Shown here piece by piece: positions 10,128-19,910 of a stretch of 31,381 nt of DNA. Every line of letters starts with the position of its first letter. Position 1 is the first letter of the stretch. The notes beneath the pieces were generated by a model. The model made no database searches, was not told the DNA's origin, and saw only the letters and a program-made list of their open reading frames with translations. Source of the DNA: an uncultured delta proteobacterium (GTDB taxonomy: Bacteria; Desulfobacterota; Binatia; UBA9968); NCBI GenBank assembly GCA_963847445.1, contig CAWJZV010000036.1, positions 1 to 31,381 on the forward strand. Reading direction: 5' to 3'. Both the position numbers and the translations under genes were made by a program.

Positions 10128-11832
10128 CTACGTTGTTCTCACCCATATCGACTGAGCTTCGGCATCTTGGCAGATACGGCATGGTATCGGCCTCCTATCG
10201 CCAGGTTCCTCAGCGCTCGTGCTGACAACCGTAACTTCGAAGTCGGCGCCATGCCGCTCTCGGTTGAGCACTTCAACCCGCTCGCCATTGGGCAAGCGCA
10301 CGATATGGCTTTCTCCCGGCGCGACGAAATCATTGCAGCGCATGCCAACCGTGAGATCCTCGGGACGAGATCCGCAGCGCAGCACACTCACCGGTTCATG
10401 GCCGGTGGCCACTGAAGCGTCCACCGCGTAGATCAACAAACCTTTGTCGCGAAATGTTTCGTTATCACCGACAGGCTGGGCAATTTCAACGATGTAGAGT
10501 TGCGAAGAATGCTCGCTCGGCACAACGATCATTTTGACGCCTTGAGCCGACTCCAGGGTCGTCAACCGCACCGAGAGCTCACCCGAGCTGAAATAGATCA
10601 GCTGCGACTCGTCGAGCCAGCCGAGCTTGTACTTATGCCACCCGAGAAAATGCCAGCCTATGATCCAGATCACACATGATGTCCCAAGCGCCGGTTGGCG
10701 TCAGCCACGCACCGGCCGCGTCGGGATGAAACCGATACAAATCCGGCAATCCAAATAAATGGCCAGTTTCATGCACGAGAACGCGAAATCCCCGATGGTA
10801 ACTGTCGCGGCCAAAAGTCACGACATGGTGCACCGCGCCATTGTTGGTCGTGATCGGAATCCCCGCGCTCAAAGTCGGAGACAGGTCCAATATTCCGACA
10901 TAAGGGGCGTCTTCGGGTGTTTCAGCCGCCACGATATAGGCGATATCATAGCGCGCAAAATCGATCTCGTCGGCGGTAAATAGTCCCAGCGCCGTGGTGA
11001 TATACGACGCATGTTCGGCACCATCACTGCGAATCTTGTCGTAAGCAGTCGCCGCGCGCGGCATCCGGCGCCACTCCGGGACCGGGGTGTCGACGGAGAA
11101 GCGCAACCGGCCGTAAGATTCCCGGCGGAACCATTCCACCGATTCGCCCACGATACTCTGGCGAGCCTTATCCGGCGATGCCGTGCCCGGCACGTCGGGA
11201 AAATCGACGAACACCATCACCGCCTTGACCTCGCCGATGGCAGGCTGATCGATGCGCCGTGGTTCGCTCGTCTCGTTGAGATTTTCGTTATGAATCGGAT
11301 CCAGCTCCGGCACGAAGTCACAGGCGACGTTGTCGATCTCCCACACCGGCAGCCGCGCGCTCGGCTGATATGCCGAGACGACCTGGTCGCCGATCATCGC
11401 CTCCCAATAGTCCCCGGAAAAAGAATCCAGGACGGTCTGGCCAGCCGGATCGAGAACCTGAATCAGCAGGGTTTCGCCATCTTCGCCTGCCGTACATAAA
11501 AGCCGCACCGATTCGGAACGATGATTTTCAACCAGGAACCGACAATGGTGGCCATTCTCGGGGTCGCCACTAGGCAAGCGCCATTCGCGCAACTCCTCGG
11601 AGACACCAAACTCGCCGACCACGTCCGCGCCGACCTTTGCCACCAGGCAGTCCGTCACCCACAATGGAATGTTTATTTCTTCCCCGGAACCCAGCTCCAC
11701 GACCAACACTTCTTCGAAAGTATTTGGGTCCATCCGGAAGATCGAAACCGCCACCGATTTCTCGTTGATAATCGAGATGTCGATCTTCGGAACCGCACCG
11801 CTCTCGTCGACGTGAACTGATTCTTGCGCCAT
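10128..11832 (-). CDS. M6 (immune inhibitor A)-like zinc metalloprotease with duplicated N-terminal module; frameshift near 10650
   Basis: AAGGAG RBS before ATG 11832; VFVDFPD, ESYGRL, HETGHLFGLPDLY and WDIM; second frame continues GWHKYKLGWL. Confidence 0.88.
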
Positions 11833-12316
11833 AGCGTTCTCCTTCAAAAGCTATGCAATGACTCTGTTGTACGGCTCGACTACAGAACAGCGAGATGCGT
11901 TGACAAGGCAATTCCGAGTCCGCTTTACAGTTTCCTTACGGCACTGGCGACGGCCGCCGCCGCCCGAACCATTGGTCCAGGAGTCGAACGGCGACAAAAA
12001 CCCTTCGATTGAGCCATCGGCACCGTTTATCATGATCGTCGCCTCGCGACTTTCCGATGGACACGTCATACTAGACTGCGCTGGTAGATGACAAGCATCT
12101 TGGCGAGATCACGCCGAACGACTAAAGAACCCGCCCATCTTACGGAAATGCTTTCGAAACGTCGCAGCTTTTTTTCATTTGTTTAAATAGGAAGGCCTGG
12201 CCCCAATACCCTGAAATGGACGCCGCCGATCGTCGATTTAATCACTCGTCTAACGATGTCGGGATTTCGCTCGATGCATTTTTGTGGGGTGTTCAATCCC
12301 GTCTGCTTTCTTCATC

Positions 12317-12865
12317 CTAACGAGAGTGCGGCAGGACAAAATTGAACCCTTGTGCTACGTGGCCTCCACCCGCGGCGCAACGCCCTTTAGCGGGGTATCC
12401 GTCGTAAAACATCGCGTGGCATTTGTTGCAGAACCGCCAATCCGTTTGTGCCTTTGGCGTTCCTCGAACATTGTGTGGAAGCACATAACGGAATGTATTA
12501 TCTGCTACGTGGCCTCCCCCAGTCGGACAACGTCCTTTTTCCCGATATCCGTTGAAAAACATCGCTTGGCACTTATTACAGCAGCGCCAATTCCTTTGGG
12601 CGGTTGATGTTTCTTGACCATCGAATGGCAGGCGAAATTGGTAACCTTGAGCTGCGTGGGTTCCACCAGCCGCACAGCTATTGGGGTTGGCATCGGTGTA
12701 AAACATTACATGGCACTTATTGCAGAAGCGCCAATAGGGTCGATCTTTAGTTACGGTTAAAGTTGCGCTTGCCCTGCTAAGCGGCCACGTTGCCCCGAGA
12801 ACGAATATACCCCCAGCAAGTTGTAATAGTCGGCGTCTGGACAACTCTGGGATTCCATGCAACAT
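12317..12865 (-). CDS. Tat-exported protein with three Cys/His repeats, function unknown
   Basis: GGGAGGG RBS; SRRRLL signal; three copies of WRxCNKC(H/Q)xMF-x-C-x-x-GGxH-x-FxLP. Confidence 0.85.
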   Translation of the reverse strand: MLHGIPELSRRRLLQLAGGIFVLGATWPLSRASATLTVTKDRPYWRFCNKCHVMFYTDANPNSCAAGGTHAAQGYQFRLPFDGQETSTAQRNWRCCNKCQAMFFNGYREKGRCPTGGGHVADNTFRYVLPHNVRGTPKAQTDWRFCNKCHAMFYDGYPAKGRCAAGGGHVAQGFNFVLPHSR

Positions 12866-13251
12866 AAAAAATTCCCTCCCAATTAATGTTGAGACTCTCC
12901 CGAACAATTTCGACTTCCAAATCACCGATACTGCCAACTAGATCCCCTAACCCACAGAGAAAGCAATGCGAATACCAACTCGATCGCGGTAAACATGACT
13001 TCGGCATCATAATGATTTCAAGACGATGGAGTGATCGCTCGCCATGATGGCGAGGTATGACGAAACGGTGGTTGCACTCTTCAGCAACTGCGGTTGACTC
13101 CCGCACCTGAAGTTTTCCAAGGCGCGGTAAGCTGGACTACAGGCAGGCGCAGTAGCTTAGCGAATTGACAGTTTCGATTTGGAAAGGAATCGCATGACCC
13201 ACGCTGGCTCCCCAACAAACATAATGTGGGCGTAACGTTTTCGTCGGACGG

Positions 13252-14277
13252 CTATTTATACAGCCCGTCTATGTACCCGGACTTGTCCAGCTCCTCGATG
13301 AAACGCGTGTCGACAAAATCCTTCGCGTTGGCGGTCTTGGCGGCGGGGAGGCGCTTGCCGGCTTCTTCGAAGATCGGTTTGAAGCCGTCGAGGTTCGGAT
13401 AAGGCTTGGGTTGGATGAAGCTGCGCAGCAGTTGATAGGAATCTTCCAAGTCGCGCTCGTCTTTGATCTGCATATGTTTGCCGATGGCGCGCTTGGCGGC
13501 GGCGGGATTGTTGCGCATAAAATGGATGCCGTCGATCATCGATTTAATCACTCGCCGAACAATGTCGGGATTTCGTGCGATGAATTTCTGGGTGGTGTTC
13601 AAACCCGTCTGCTGCAAGACGATGTCCATTTCCTGCATGTTCAACAGGACACGCATCCCCATGGCCGCCAATTTTTTGTCATAGGGCGGCTGCATGATCG
13701 CGGCGTCGATGGATTTGCCCACGGCAAGCGAATTAACCAGCACGGGCACATCGCCGCTTTGCACCAGGATCGACATCCTTCTCCGCGTCGAATCCAAGGC
13801 CGCGACAACAACAAGTCGCGTCGTCCAGTCGCTCACCGTGCCGAAACGCGTGACTCCGACCCGCTTGCCCCTGAGATCGGCAACCGAGCGAATCTCCGGC
13901 TTGACCACCAGACGATAGATCGGCTTATGCAGAAAGCTCAGCAGCATGACCACGTCGGCGCCCTGCAATCGCGCCGGCGTGAGCAAGCTGGCCGAGTAGA
14001 CACACATCTGAATCTCGCCGGCGATCAACGCCGTCTGTCCCAAGGTGGTTTGCAAGTAGAGAACTTCGGCGTCGATGCCGTTCTTTTCGAACAGCCGGCC
14101 CTCCTGAGTCACCCACAACATGGAGTTGGTGATCGTCGCGCCGGAGTAGCCGATGCGCAGCTTGTCGGCGGCAAAGCTCGGTTGCGCGGTCAAAGAAAGA
14201 ATAACAACGGCGACGGCGATCAAGAGAAATACGGCGAATGAACATCGGAGTCGTACCCTCACCCTTCCCTCTCCCAT
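13252..14277 (-). CDS. ABC substrate-binding protein, SsuA/NMT1 family; start uncertain (possibly ATG 14245)
   Basis: Close paralog of 8506-9486 (ADKLRIGYSG...LDKSGYIDGLY); locally garbled by compensating indels near 13770-13815. Confidence 0.88.
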   Translation of the reverse strand: MGEGRVRVRLRCSFAVFLLIAVAVVILSLTAQPSFAADKLRIGYSGATITNSMLWVTQEGRLFEKNGIDAEVLYLQTTLGQTALIAGEIQMCVYSASLLTPARLQGADVVMLLSFLHKPIYRLVVKPEIRSVADLRGKRVGVTRFGTVSDWTTRLVVVAALDSTRRRMSILVQSGDVPVLVNSLAVGKSIDAAIMQPPYDKKLAAMGMRVLLNMQEMDIVLQQTGLNTTQKFIARNPDIVRRVIKSMIDGIHFMRNNPAAAKRAIGKHMQIKDERDLEDSYQLLRSFIQPKPYPNLDGFKPIFEEAGKRLPAAKTANAKDFVDTRFIEELDKSGYIDGLYK

Positions 14278-14293
14278 CGGAATGGGCGAGGGT
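14255..14293. repeat. CCCTC-type palindromic repeat
   Basis: ACCCTCACCCTTCCCTCTCCCATCGGAATGGGCGAGGGT. Confidence 0.65.
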
Positions 14294-14311
14294 AAGAGAG
14301 TGACATCGGTC

Positions 14312-14353
14312 GGAAACGTTTTGAACGATTTGAACGGCTTGAACGTTTTGAAC
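14312..14353. repeat. 9-nt tandem repeat (TTGAACGNN)
   Basis: ggaaacgttttgaacgatttgaacggcttgaacgttttgaac. Confidence 0.85.
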
Positions 14354-14355
14354 TC

Positions 14356-15409
14356 TTAATCTTTTATTAATTTAGTCACCGACCGCGTCGAGCCGCCTTC
14401 CGGCGTGCTCTGGCCCCAGACGTGAATGTACTGCGACTGCGAGCCGTCGCCGCCGGCGACGATGACGAGAATATCCTCGGGCTTGTCGGTGACCGGGATG
14501 ATGCTGTCGCGAGTCAGCTTAAGATCGGAGCGGCGCTTGACCCGCTGGAAGAAGGTTTCGTCGGGCAAGTCTTTCATCCGGTACGCGGCGCGCTCCCAGA
14601 CGAACTTCTGCACGTCCTTTTTGCTGAAGCCGTCGTCGGCGATGATCTTGGCATGCTCCGGGCAGATGACCATGATCGCCTCAGGGCCGGAAGGTCCTTC
14701 CATTTTCTGGGCGAAGTTGATCAGCACCCCTTCGGCTTTCGAGCTGTCCAGGTCGGAGGCGCGGATCGACGCATCGGCGCTGATCGCCGTCACCGTGCTT
14801 TGCTCGGCTTTGAAACCGCGCTCGACATGGAGCGGCTCCCAGGGACTCGCTTCCTCGTTTTCGCCGACGCAAATGGAATATTTTCCCGGGCCAGCCCAGC
14901 GTCGCCTTGCAGGTCGTGCCTGGATAAGAACCGCCGATGTTGCGCTTCACCAACTGCACGAAGCGGCCGATGGTGGCGTTGGCGCGCCAGCCTTCGCCAA
15001 GTGCGTTGGAGCCGCCGTTGACGTTCAATTGCTGGCGCACCGGGCCGTTGATGATGATCATCACCGCCGGCCCGCCGGTGGTGGCTTGCAGGGCGTAGAG
15101 ATTCAACTTGGGATCGGTGATCGCTTCCACCGCGGCGATCAGTGTCGGCATGTACTCGGGCTTGCAGCCGGCCATGACGCCGTTGATGGCGATTTTTTCC
15201 ACCGTCGCTTGCGCCCAGCGCGGCGGTACCGCGCCGATCACTTCATCCGCTTTGCGCTTGGTCGCCGCCAACATTTGCGCGACGCGCGCTTCGGTGGGCG
15301 GGATGATCGGCAGGCCATCGGACCAGCCTTTTTCTTCGAAGAAGGCCTGCGCCTCCCAAATGTCATCCGGTATTTCGACTCGTTCCGCTGCCAATGCTGC
15401 CGTTGCCAT
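14356..15409 (-). CDS. Conserved protein with GWSDGLPIIPPT motif (UGSC-associated partner); frameshift near 14880
   Basis: DGLPIIPPT, EKIAINGVMAGC, RANATIGR; after the shift ENEEASPWEPLHVERGF...ICPEHA...ILVIVAGG. Confidence 0.8.
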
Positions 15410-15447
15410 AAATTCCACCCTTCAAAATTAGACTCGCAATCTCTATT

Positions 15448-15532
15448 CGTCATTCCCGCGAAAGCGGGAATCCAGGTTTGTTGCCGGCGAACCGAAGGCA
15501 AAGATGGATACCGGCCTGCGCCGGTATGACGG
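15448..15532. repeat. CGTC-tagged REP doublet
   Basis: CGTCATTCCCGCGAAAGCGGGAATCCAG...TGGATACCGGCCTGCGCCGGTATGACGG. Confidence 0.88.
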
Positions 15533-15619
15533 ACTAGGAATGGAAACAAAAAAAAGTCTCGGATTCCGAGTCCGCTGTTCAATACGAAACTCGAAACCCG
15601 AAACTTGAAATTATCTCTG

Positions 15620-16171
15620 CTAGGCGACCTTCGCCCGCGCCGCCTCGGGCGCAAGCAGAATATTCACCAGCTGATCAAATGCCGCGTCGGCCTTCTTGTT
15701 CACTTCTTCGATCTTGACCGTGCCGATGGGATGCTGCACCACCAACACCGGATGATCCGGCGCTCCGAAAGCTTCCTTCTCGGACTTTGCCAATGCGGTG
15801 AAGGCGTGGGTGATCAACGTGATCGCGAACCGTCCGCGCTTTTGGATCTCGAGTGAGTCGTGGACACTCCACGACGTGCAGGAGCCTCAATCACCGAGGC
15901 CGCAAATGACGAAGTCGGCTTGCGACGCGAGTTCGTCGAGATACTGTTTGGGCGCTCCTTGCTGGGCGGTCAGCTTGCGCCGCGTGACCATGCCGGCGAC
16001 GCCGTATCTTTCTTTCAACAATTCCGCGAAGCGCTCCGCCAATTTGTCGGCGTTGGGTTTGCTGTTATCGAGCAGCCCCACCACTTTGCCGCGCAGATCG
16101 GTGAACTGGGCTATACCCGCGATTTTCGCCGCCGAGCTCTGCGCTTTCCCTTCCGGGCTGAGAACAATCAT
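15620..16171 (-). CDS. UGSC-family selenoprotein (183 aa, Sec at TGA 15887-15889)
   Basis: AGGAGGA RBS; ORFs 15887-16171 and 15620-15817 share a frame and are separated only by TGA; readthrough gives GLGD-U-GSCTSWSVHD; hairpin follows the TGA. Confidence 0.9.
15857..15875 (-). promoter_or_regulatory. Putative bacterial SECIS hairpin
   Basis: mRNA GUCGUGGA-GUG-UCCACGAC, starting 11 nt after the UGA. Confidence 0.75.
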
Positions 16172-16266
16172 TTAATGTCCTCCTCCTGTTAAATTTGCCA
16201 CCACTGTAATCGACTGCTACTCACTGTGTCAAAACTAGTTGCGACTATACGCTCTCTTATTCATCT

Positions 16267-16380
16267 CGTCATTCCGGCGTGGGCCGGAATCCAGGTGACG
16301 GACGGCGTCCGTCATACCGTTGGAGAACGGTATCCAGGTGGATGATGGGGTCTGGATGCCGGCCTGCGCCGGCATGACGG
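16267..16380. repeat. Composite CGTC-tagged REP-like element
   Basis: Two tandem forward units plus one inverted unit ending CATGACGG. Confidence 0.88.
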
Positions 16381-16408
16381 ATCACGACTCATCGCTTCCA
16401 ACAAAAGA

Positions 16409-17497
16409 CTACAGCGCATAGAACGCCTTCGGATTGTCGTAAAGAATTTTCTGCACCGCCGACTGCGGGATATCGCCCTTGTCGGCGCGGGCTTGCAACT
16501 CCTTGCGGAACTCCAGCTCCATCGACGGATCGCGATGGGTATAGTCCGAACCGACCATCAAATTATCCTCGCCGACGGTTTTAATGATAAGCGGCAGGTC
16601 CTCGTCCACCTGGCAGGTGACCCAGATCCGGTTGTCCTTGAAGACATTGCTCGGAATATCGATCAGCGGCACGCCGAGAACACCGACCGACTCGCGCCCC
16701 TGCTGCTTGATCGCCTGCCGTTTCAAATCGTACGCCACGAACGGCGTCCACATGGAGCCCGCTTCGATGCAGCCGATGCGCAGCTTGGGAAACTTCATCG
16801 GGATCTTGTGCAAGACCAATCCGAGCACACCGTTGATCGCCGCCCCCTTGGTGCGCATAAACTGGCCATGGGAGAACTCCCGCGCCGGTGAAAAATCCGG
16901 AATTCCGGAGCCGGTATGAATGCAGATCGGCAGATCAAGCTTTTCCGCCGCCGCATAGAGAGGTTCGAAATAGGGATCGGCGGGATACTTCCCCGCTTCG
17001 CGGTCACCCTTTTTTATGACGCCGCAGGCGCCATGCTCTTTCGCCCAGGTCAGCTCTTCCAGCACCGTATCGATTTTCTGCACCGGCGGCATGCAGATCC
17101 AGCGCAAGCGGCCGCCCGAATGACTGCAACGCTCGCCCAACCAGCGATTGTAGCTTTTCCGCGTCGCCGTGCTCGCCTCGGGATTCTCCGACGCTTCCAT
17201 TAGAAACAAAGTCGGATAAATCACCTGAACATCGGTTCCGAGCTCATCCATATGTTTGAGCCGGGCATCGATGTCAAGCAGCTCGCGGGTCTCAACAGTG
17301 GTACCGGAATCCTTGTCACTGCGGATGAAGCGCACTTGACGCTTGCCCTCGATCACCCAATAACGGGCCGGCGGCAGTTTCGGATCGGGGTTGGATGGAT
17401 ACGCGGTCGTCGGCTTGTAGGCCAGATCGCCGCCGCTCATGAACTCCCAAGTGGCATCGGTTTCGTCGATATGTGTGTCAGCGTCAATTATGCGCAC
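16409..17497 (-). CDS. Amidohydrolase_2 family protein
   Basis: IIDADTH, ICIHTG, CIEAG, GSDYTHRD, DNPKAFY. Confidence 0.92.
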   Translation of the reverse strand: MRIIDADTHIDETDATWEFMSGGDLAYKPTTAYPSNPDPKLPPARYWVIEGKRQVRFIRSDKDSGTTVETRELLDIDARLKHMDELGTDVQVIYPTLFLMEASENPEASTATRKSYNRWLGERCSHSGGRLRWICMPPVQKIDTVLEELTWAKEHGACGVIKKGDREAGKYPADPYFEPLYAAAEKLDLPICIHTGSGIPDFSPAREFSHGQFMRTKGAAINGVLGLVLHKIPMKFPKLRIGCIEAGSMWTPFVAYDLKRQAIKQQGRESVGVLGVPLIDIPSNVFKDNRIWVTCQVDEDLPLIIKTVGEDNLMVGSDYTHRDPSMELEFRKELQARADKGDIPQSAVQKILYDNPKAFYAL

Positions 17498-17632
17498 GGT
17501 GGCTTCTCCTTAGGATCGGATTAATTACTTCATTGCTTAATACGGATTGGCGGTTTTTTAAAGAGCTGCGGACCTAGCGCGGCATCCCGCCCGTCAAAGA
17601 CGCTTTAGGCACGCTTAAAGCCCACTCAGAGT

Positions 17633-17765
17633 CCTTCGACGTTCGAGAAGCCTCACGGAGGGTTCCTCGGCGGCCTTAGTTCCGGCCCGTGAGGAATCAG
17701 GACGAACGGAGATCAATTTGAAATCGTTGAAATAAATCCGTTCATGCTGAGCCTGTCGAAGCATG
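17633..17765. repeat. TTCGAC/GTCGAA-type palindromic element with internal hairpin insert
   Basis: CCTTCGAC...TCAGGACGAACGGA...TCCGTTCATGCTGAGCCTGTCGAAG inverted arms. Confidence 0.7.
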
Positions 17766-17788
17766 CTCCACCTTTTCTCAGCAGTCTG

Positions 17789-18871
17789 CTACAACCCATA
17801 AAATGCTTTAGGATTGTCGTAGAGGATCTTCTCCACCGCCGTCTTGGGAATCTCGCCCCGGTCGGCTCGTTGTTGCAATAGCGTGCGAAACTCCAACTCC
17901 ATCGACGGGTCGCGGTGTGTATAGTCGGAGCCGACGATCAGATTGTCCTCGCCGACATATTGCAGGATGTACGGCAGATCCTCATCGACCTGGCAGGTGA
18001 CGTAGATGCGGTTTTCCTGGTAGACGTTGCTCTTGATTATCGTCGGCGGTCCGCCCAGGACGCTCACCCGCCCGGTGCGCGACTTCATCCGCCGGCGCAG
18101 GTCATAATCGACAAAGTTGACCCAGGAAGCGCCCGCTTCGATGCAACCGAAGCGCAACTTGGGGAACTGCGCCGGAATGTTGTTGACGATCAAGGTCTCG
18201 ATACCGTTGACCGCCGCGGCTTTAGTGCGCCAGAACTGCGCTAAAGAAAAATCCCGCGCCGGCGAAAAATCGGGGATTCCCGAACCGGTGTGAATGCAGA
18301 TCGGCAGGTCGAGCTTTTCCGCCTCCGCGTAAAGCGGCAGAAAGTATGGATCGGTGATCCATTTGTCGGCCTCGCGGTCGCCCTTCTTCAAGACGCCGCA
18401 CGCGCCATGCTCCTTGGCGAAGCGCAGCTCTTTGATGGTCTCGTCCATATTGTGCAGCGGCGGCAGGCACACCCAGCGCAACCGGCCCGCCGATCGTCCG
18501 CAGCGATCGGCAAGCCAGCGGTTGTAGCTACGGCGCAGCGCGCTGGACACTTCGGGCTTCTCGGTCGCCTCCATGAGAAAAACCGTCGGGTAGATGACTT
18601 GAATATCGGTGCCGAGCTGGTCCATGTGTTTGAGCCGGACTTGGACATCCAGCAGTTCCCGCGATTCCACCACCGTCCCCGATTCTTCGTCGCCGCGGAT
18701 AAAACGCAGCTGGCGCCGCCCATCGATCAGCCAATAACGGGTCGGGACTTTGGTCGGATCGGGATTGGCGGGGTACTGCGTCGTCGGTTTGAACCTTAGA
18801 TCGTCGCCCGTCATGAACTCCCAAGTGTCCTCGGTTTCATCGATATGCGTATCGGCGTCTATGATTCCCAT
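17789..18871 (-). CDS. Amidohydrolase_2 family protein, tandem paralog of 16409-17497
   Basis: GGAGG RBS before ATG 18871; IIDADTH, ICIHTG, GSDYTHRD. Confidence 0.92.
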   Translation of the reverse strand: MGIIDADTHIDETEDTWEFMTGDDLRFKPTTQYPANPDPTKVPTRYWLIDGRRQLRFIRGDEESGTVVESRELLDVQVRLKHMDQLGTDIQVIYPTVFLMEATEKPEVSSALRRSYNRWLADRCGRSAGRLRWVCLPPLHNMDETIKELRFAKEHGACGVLKKGDREADKWITDPYFLPLYAEAEKLDLPICIHTGSGIPDFSPARDFSLAQFWRTKAAAVNGIETLIVNNIPAQFPKLRFGCIEAGASWVNFVDYDLRRRMKSRTGRVSVLGGPPTIIKSNVYQENRIYVTCQVDEDLPYILQYVGEDNLIVGSDYTHRDPSMELEFRTLLQQRADRGEIPKTAVEKILYDNPKAFYGL

Positions 18872-18962
18872 GATGATTCCCTCCGATTCGTAAATAGCCT
18901 CGCCCCGATCCCAACGTTTCTCACTAGAGAGACTGTGGAGCAATGCGCGGGAGTCCGAGTTC

Positions 18963-19045
18963 TGTCATCCTGAGTGTAGCGAGAAGATCTCGTCTTGTCT
19001 GCCACTTACGAAGACGAGATTCCTCGGCTTCGCCTCGGAATGACA
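18963..19045. repeat. REP-like inverted doublet (same family as 2821-2892)
   Basis: TGTCATCCTGAG...AGATCTCGTC...GACGAGATTCCTCGGCTTCGCCTCGGAATGACA. Confidence 0.8.
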
Positions 19046-19168
19046 GTTGCGACACACCCTCCAGTCGGTGAACGGAATAGGCAACGTTTTTTCGACGAAT
19101 AAACCAAGCTGAATTTCTGACCTTGAACCGTTGAACTTTTGAACCTTGAACCCTAACGCGCTCACGCG

Positions 19169-19570
19169 TTAGATATCCCCGAACTGTTTCTGATTTTTCA
19201 TCTTCTCGTTCTGCGCTGGATCGAGGTAGATCGTCGGCCCGCCGAAGCCTTCGGCGCGGTTGCCGAGCAGCGCCATGACGCCGTCGCCGGTATTCTTGAT
19301 ATCGTAGTAATACTTCGCCGGCAGCAGCACCACGCTGCCCTTTTCGACTTTTGTCCGGCTGCCGTCGCGATGGACGATATGGCCCGACCCTTCGATGACC
19401 GTAAAAGTTTCATCGGTGTTGTGGTAGTGCAGGCCGTTGGTTCCTTCGCCGGGCATATAGACATTTAACCAGACACGGAAATTCTCCGTGCCCATCAGAT
19501 TGAAATACATTTTCGGTTTGCCCGATTTGACGGTTTCGTCGATCTTATCTTGCAGTGTCGCCAGTTCCAT
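19169..19570 (-). CDS. Cupin-domain protein
   Basis: GGAGG RBS; LHYHNTDETFTVIEGSG cupin motif 1. Confidence 0.9.
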   Translation of the reverse strand: MELATLQDKIDETVKSGKPKMYFNLMGTENFRVWLNVYMPGEGTNGLHYHNTDETFTVIEGSGHIVHRDGSRTKVEKGSVVLLPAKYYYDIKNTGDGVMALLGNRAEGFGGPTIYLDPAQNEKMKNQKQFGDI

Positions 19571-19777
19571 TGTCGTCCTCCAGTGCTTTCATACCCCTTT
19601 TTAATACAACCCCGCCACAACAGTCAAAATCGGCAGAAAGTTTTGAACGACTTGAATGAGTAGTTAGCGTGCGCCGCTCTCCGGGTGGACAGGACCGAAC
19701 AATCCAGAGACAATGATCGAGACTACCAGCAACAAGAATCGCCAGTGATCAAGCATTGCGAACCTCCTTCTCGGGCC

Positions 19778-19868
19778 AAATCTCCCCTAACCCCTCTTTG
19801 TCAAAGAGGGGAAACGCTCATTCACAGGATACCTCCCCCTTTGAAAAAGGGGGAATGAGGGGGATTTT
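19778..19868. repeat. Palindromic doublet (CCCC(T)CTTT...AAAG(A)GGGG type)
   Basis: AAATCTCCCCTAACCCCTCTTTGTCAAAGAGGGG...TCCCCCTTTGAAAAAGGGGGAATGAGGGGGATTTT. Confidence 0.75.
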
Positions 19869-19910
19869 CCGAACAATCAGAATAAACCCATTCAACCGCA
19901 TGGATGCCTA

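Noticed and set aside
11851-12300. Short ORFs between the protease and the Cys-repeat gene
   Set aside because: No motif or convincing RBS; cannot be supported as genes.
12317-12865. Annotation as a multiheme cytochrome c
   Set aside because: His is not conserved in the second repeat (CNKCQ), the leader is Tat-type, and a separate invariant Cys/His pair suggests metal binding instead.
12940-13250. Possible gene remnant or ncRNA
   Set aside because: No recognisable homology or stable structure by eye.
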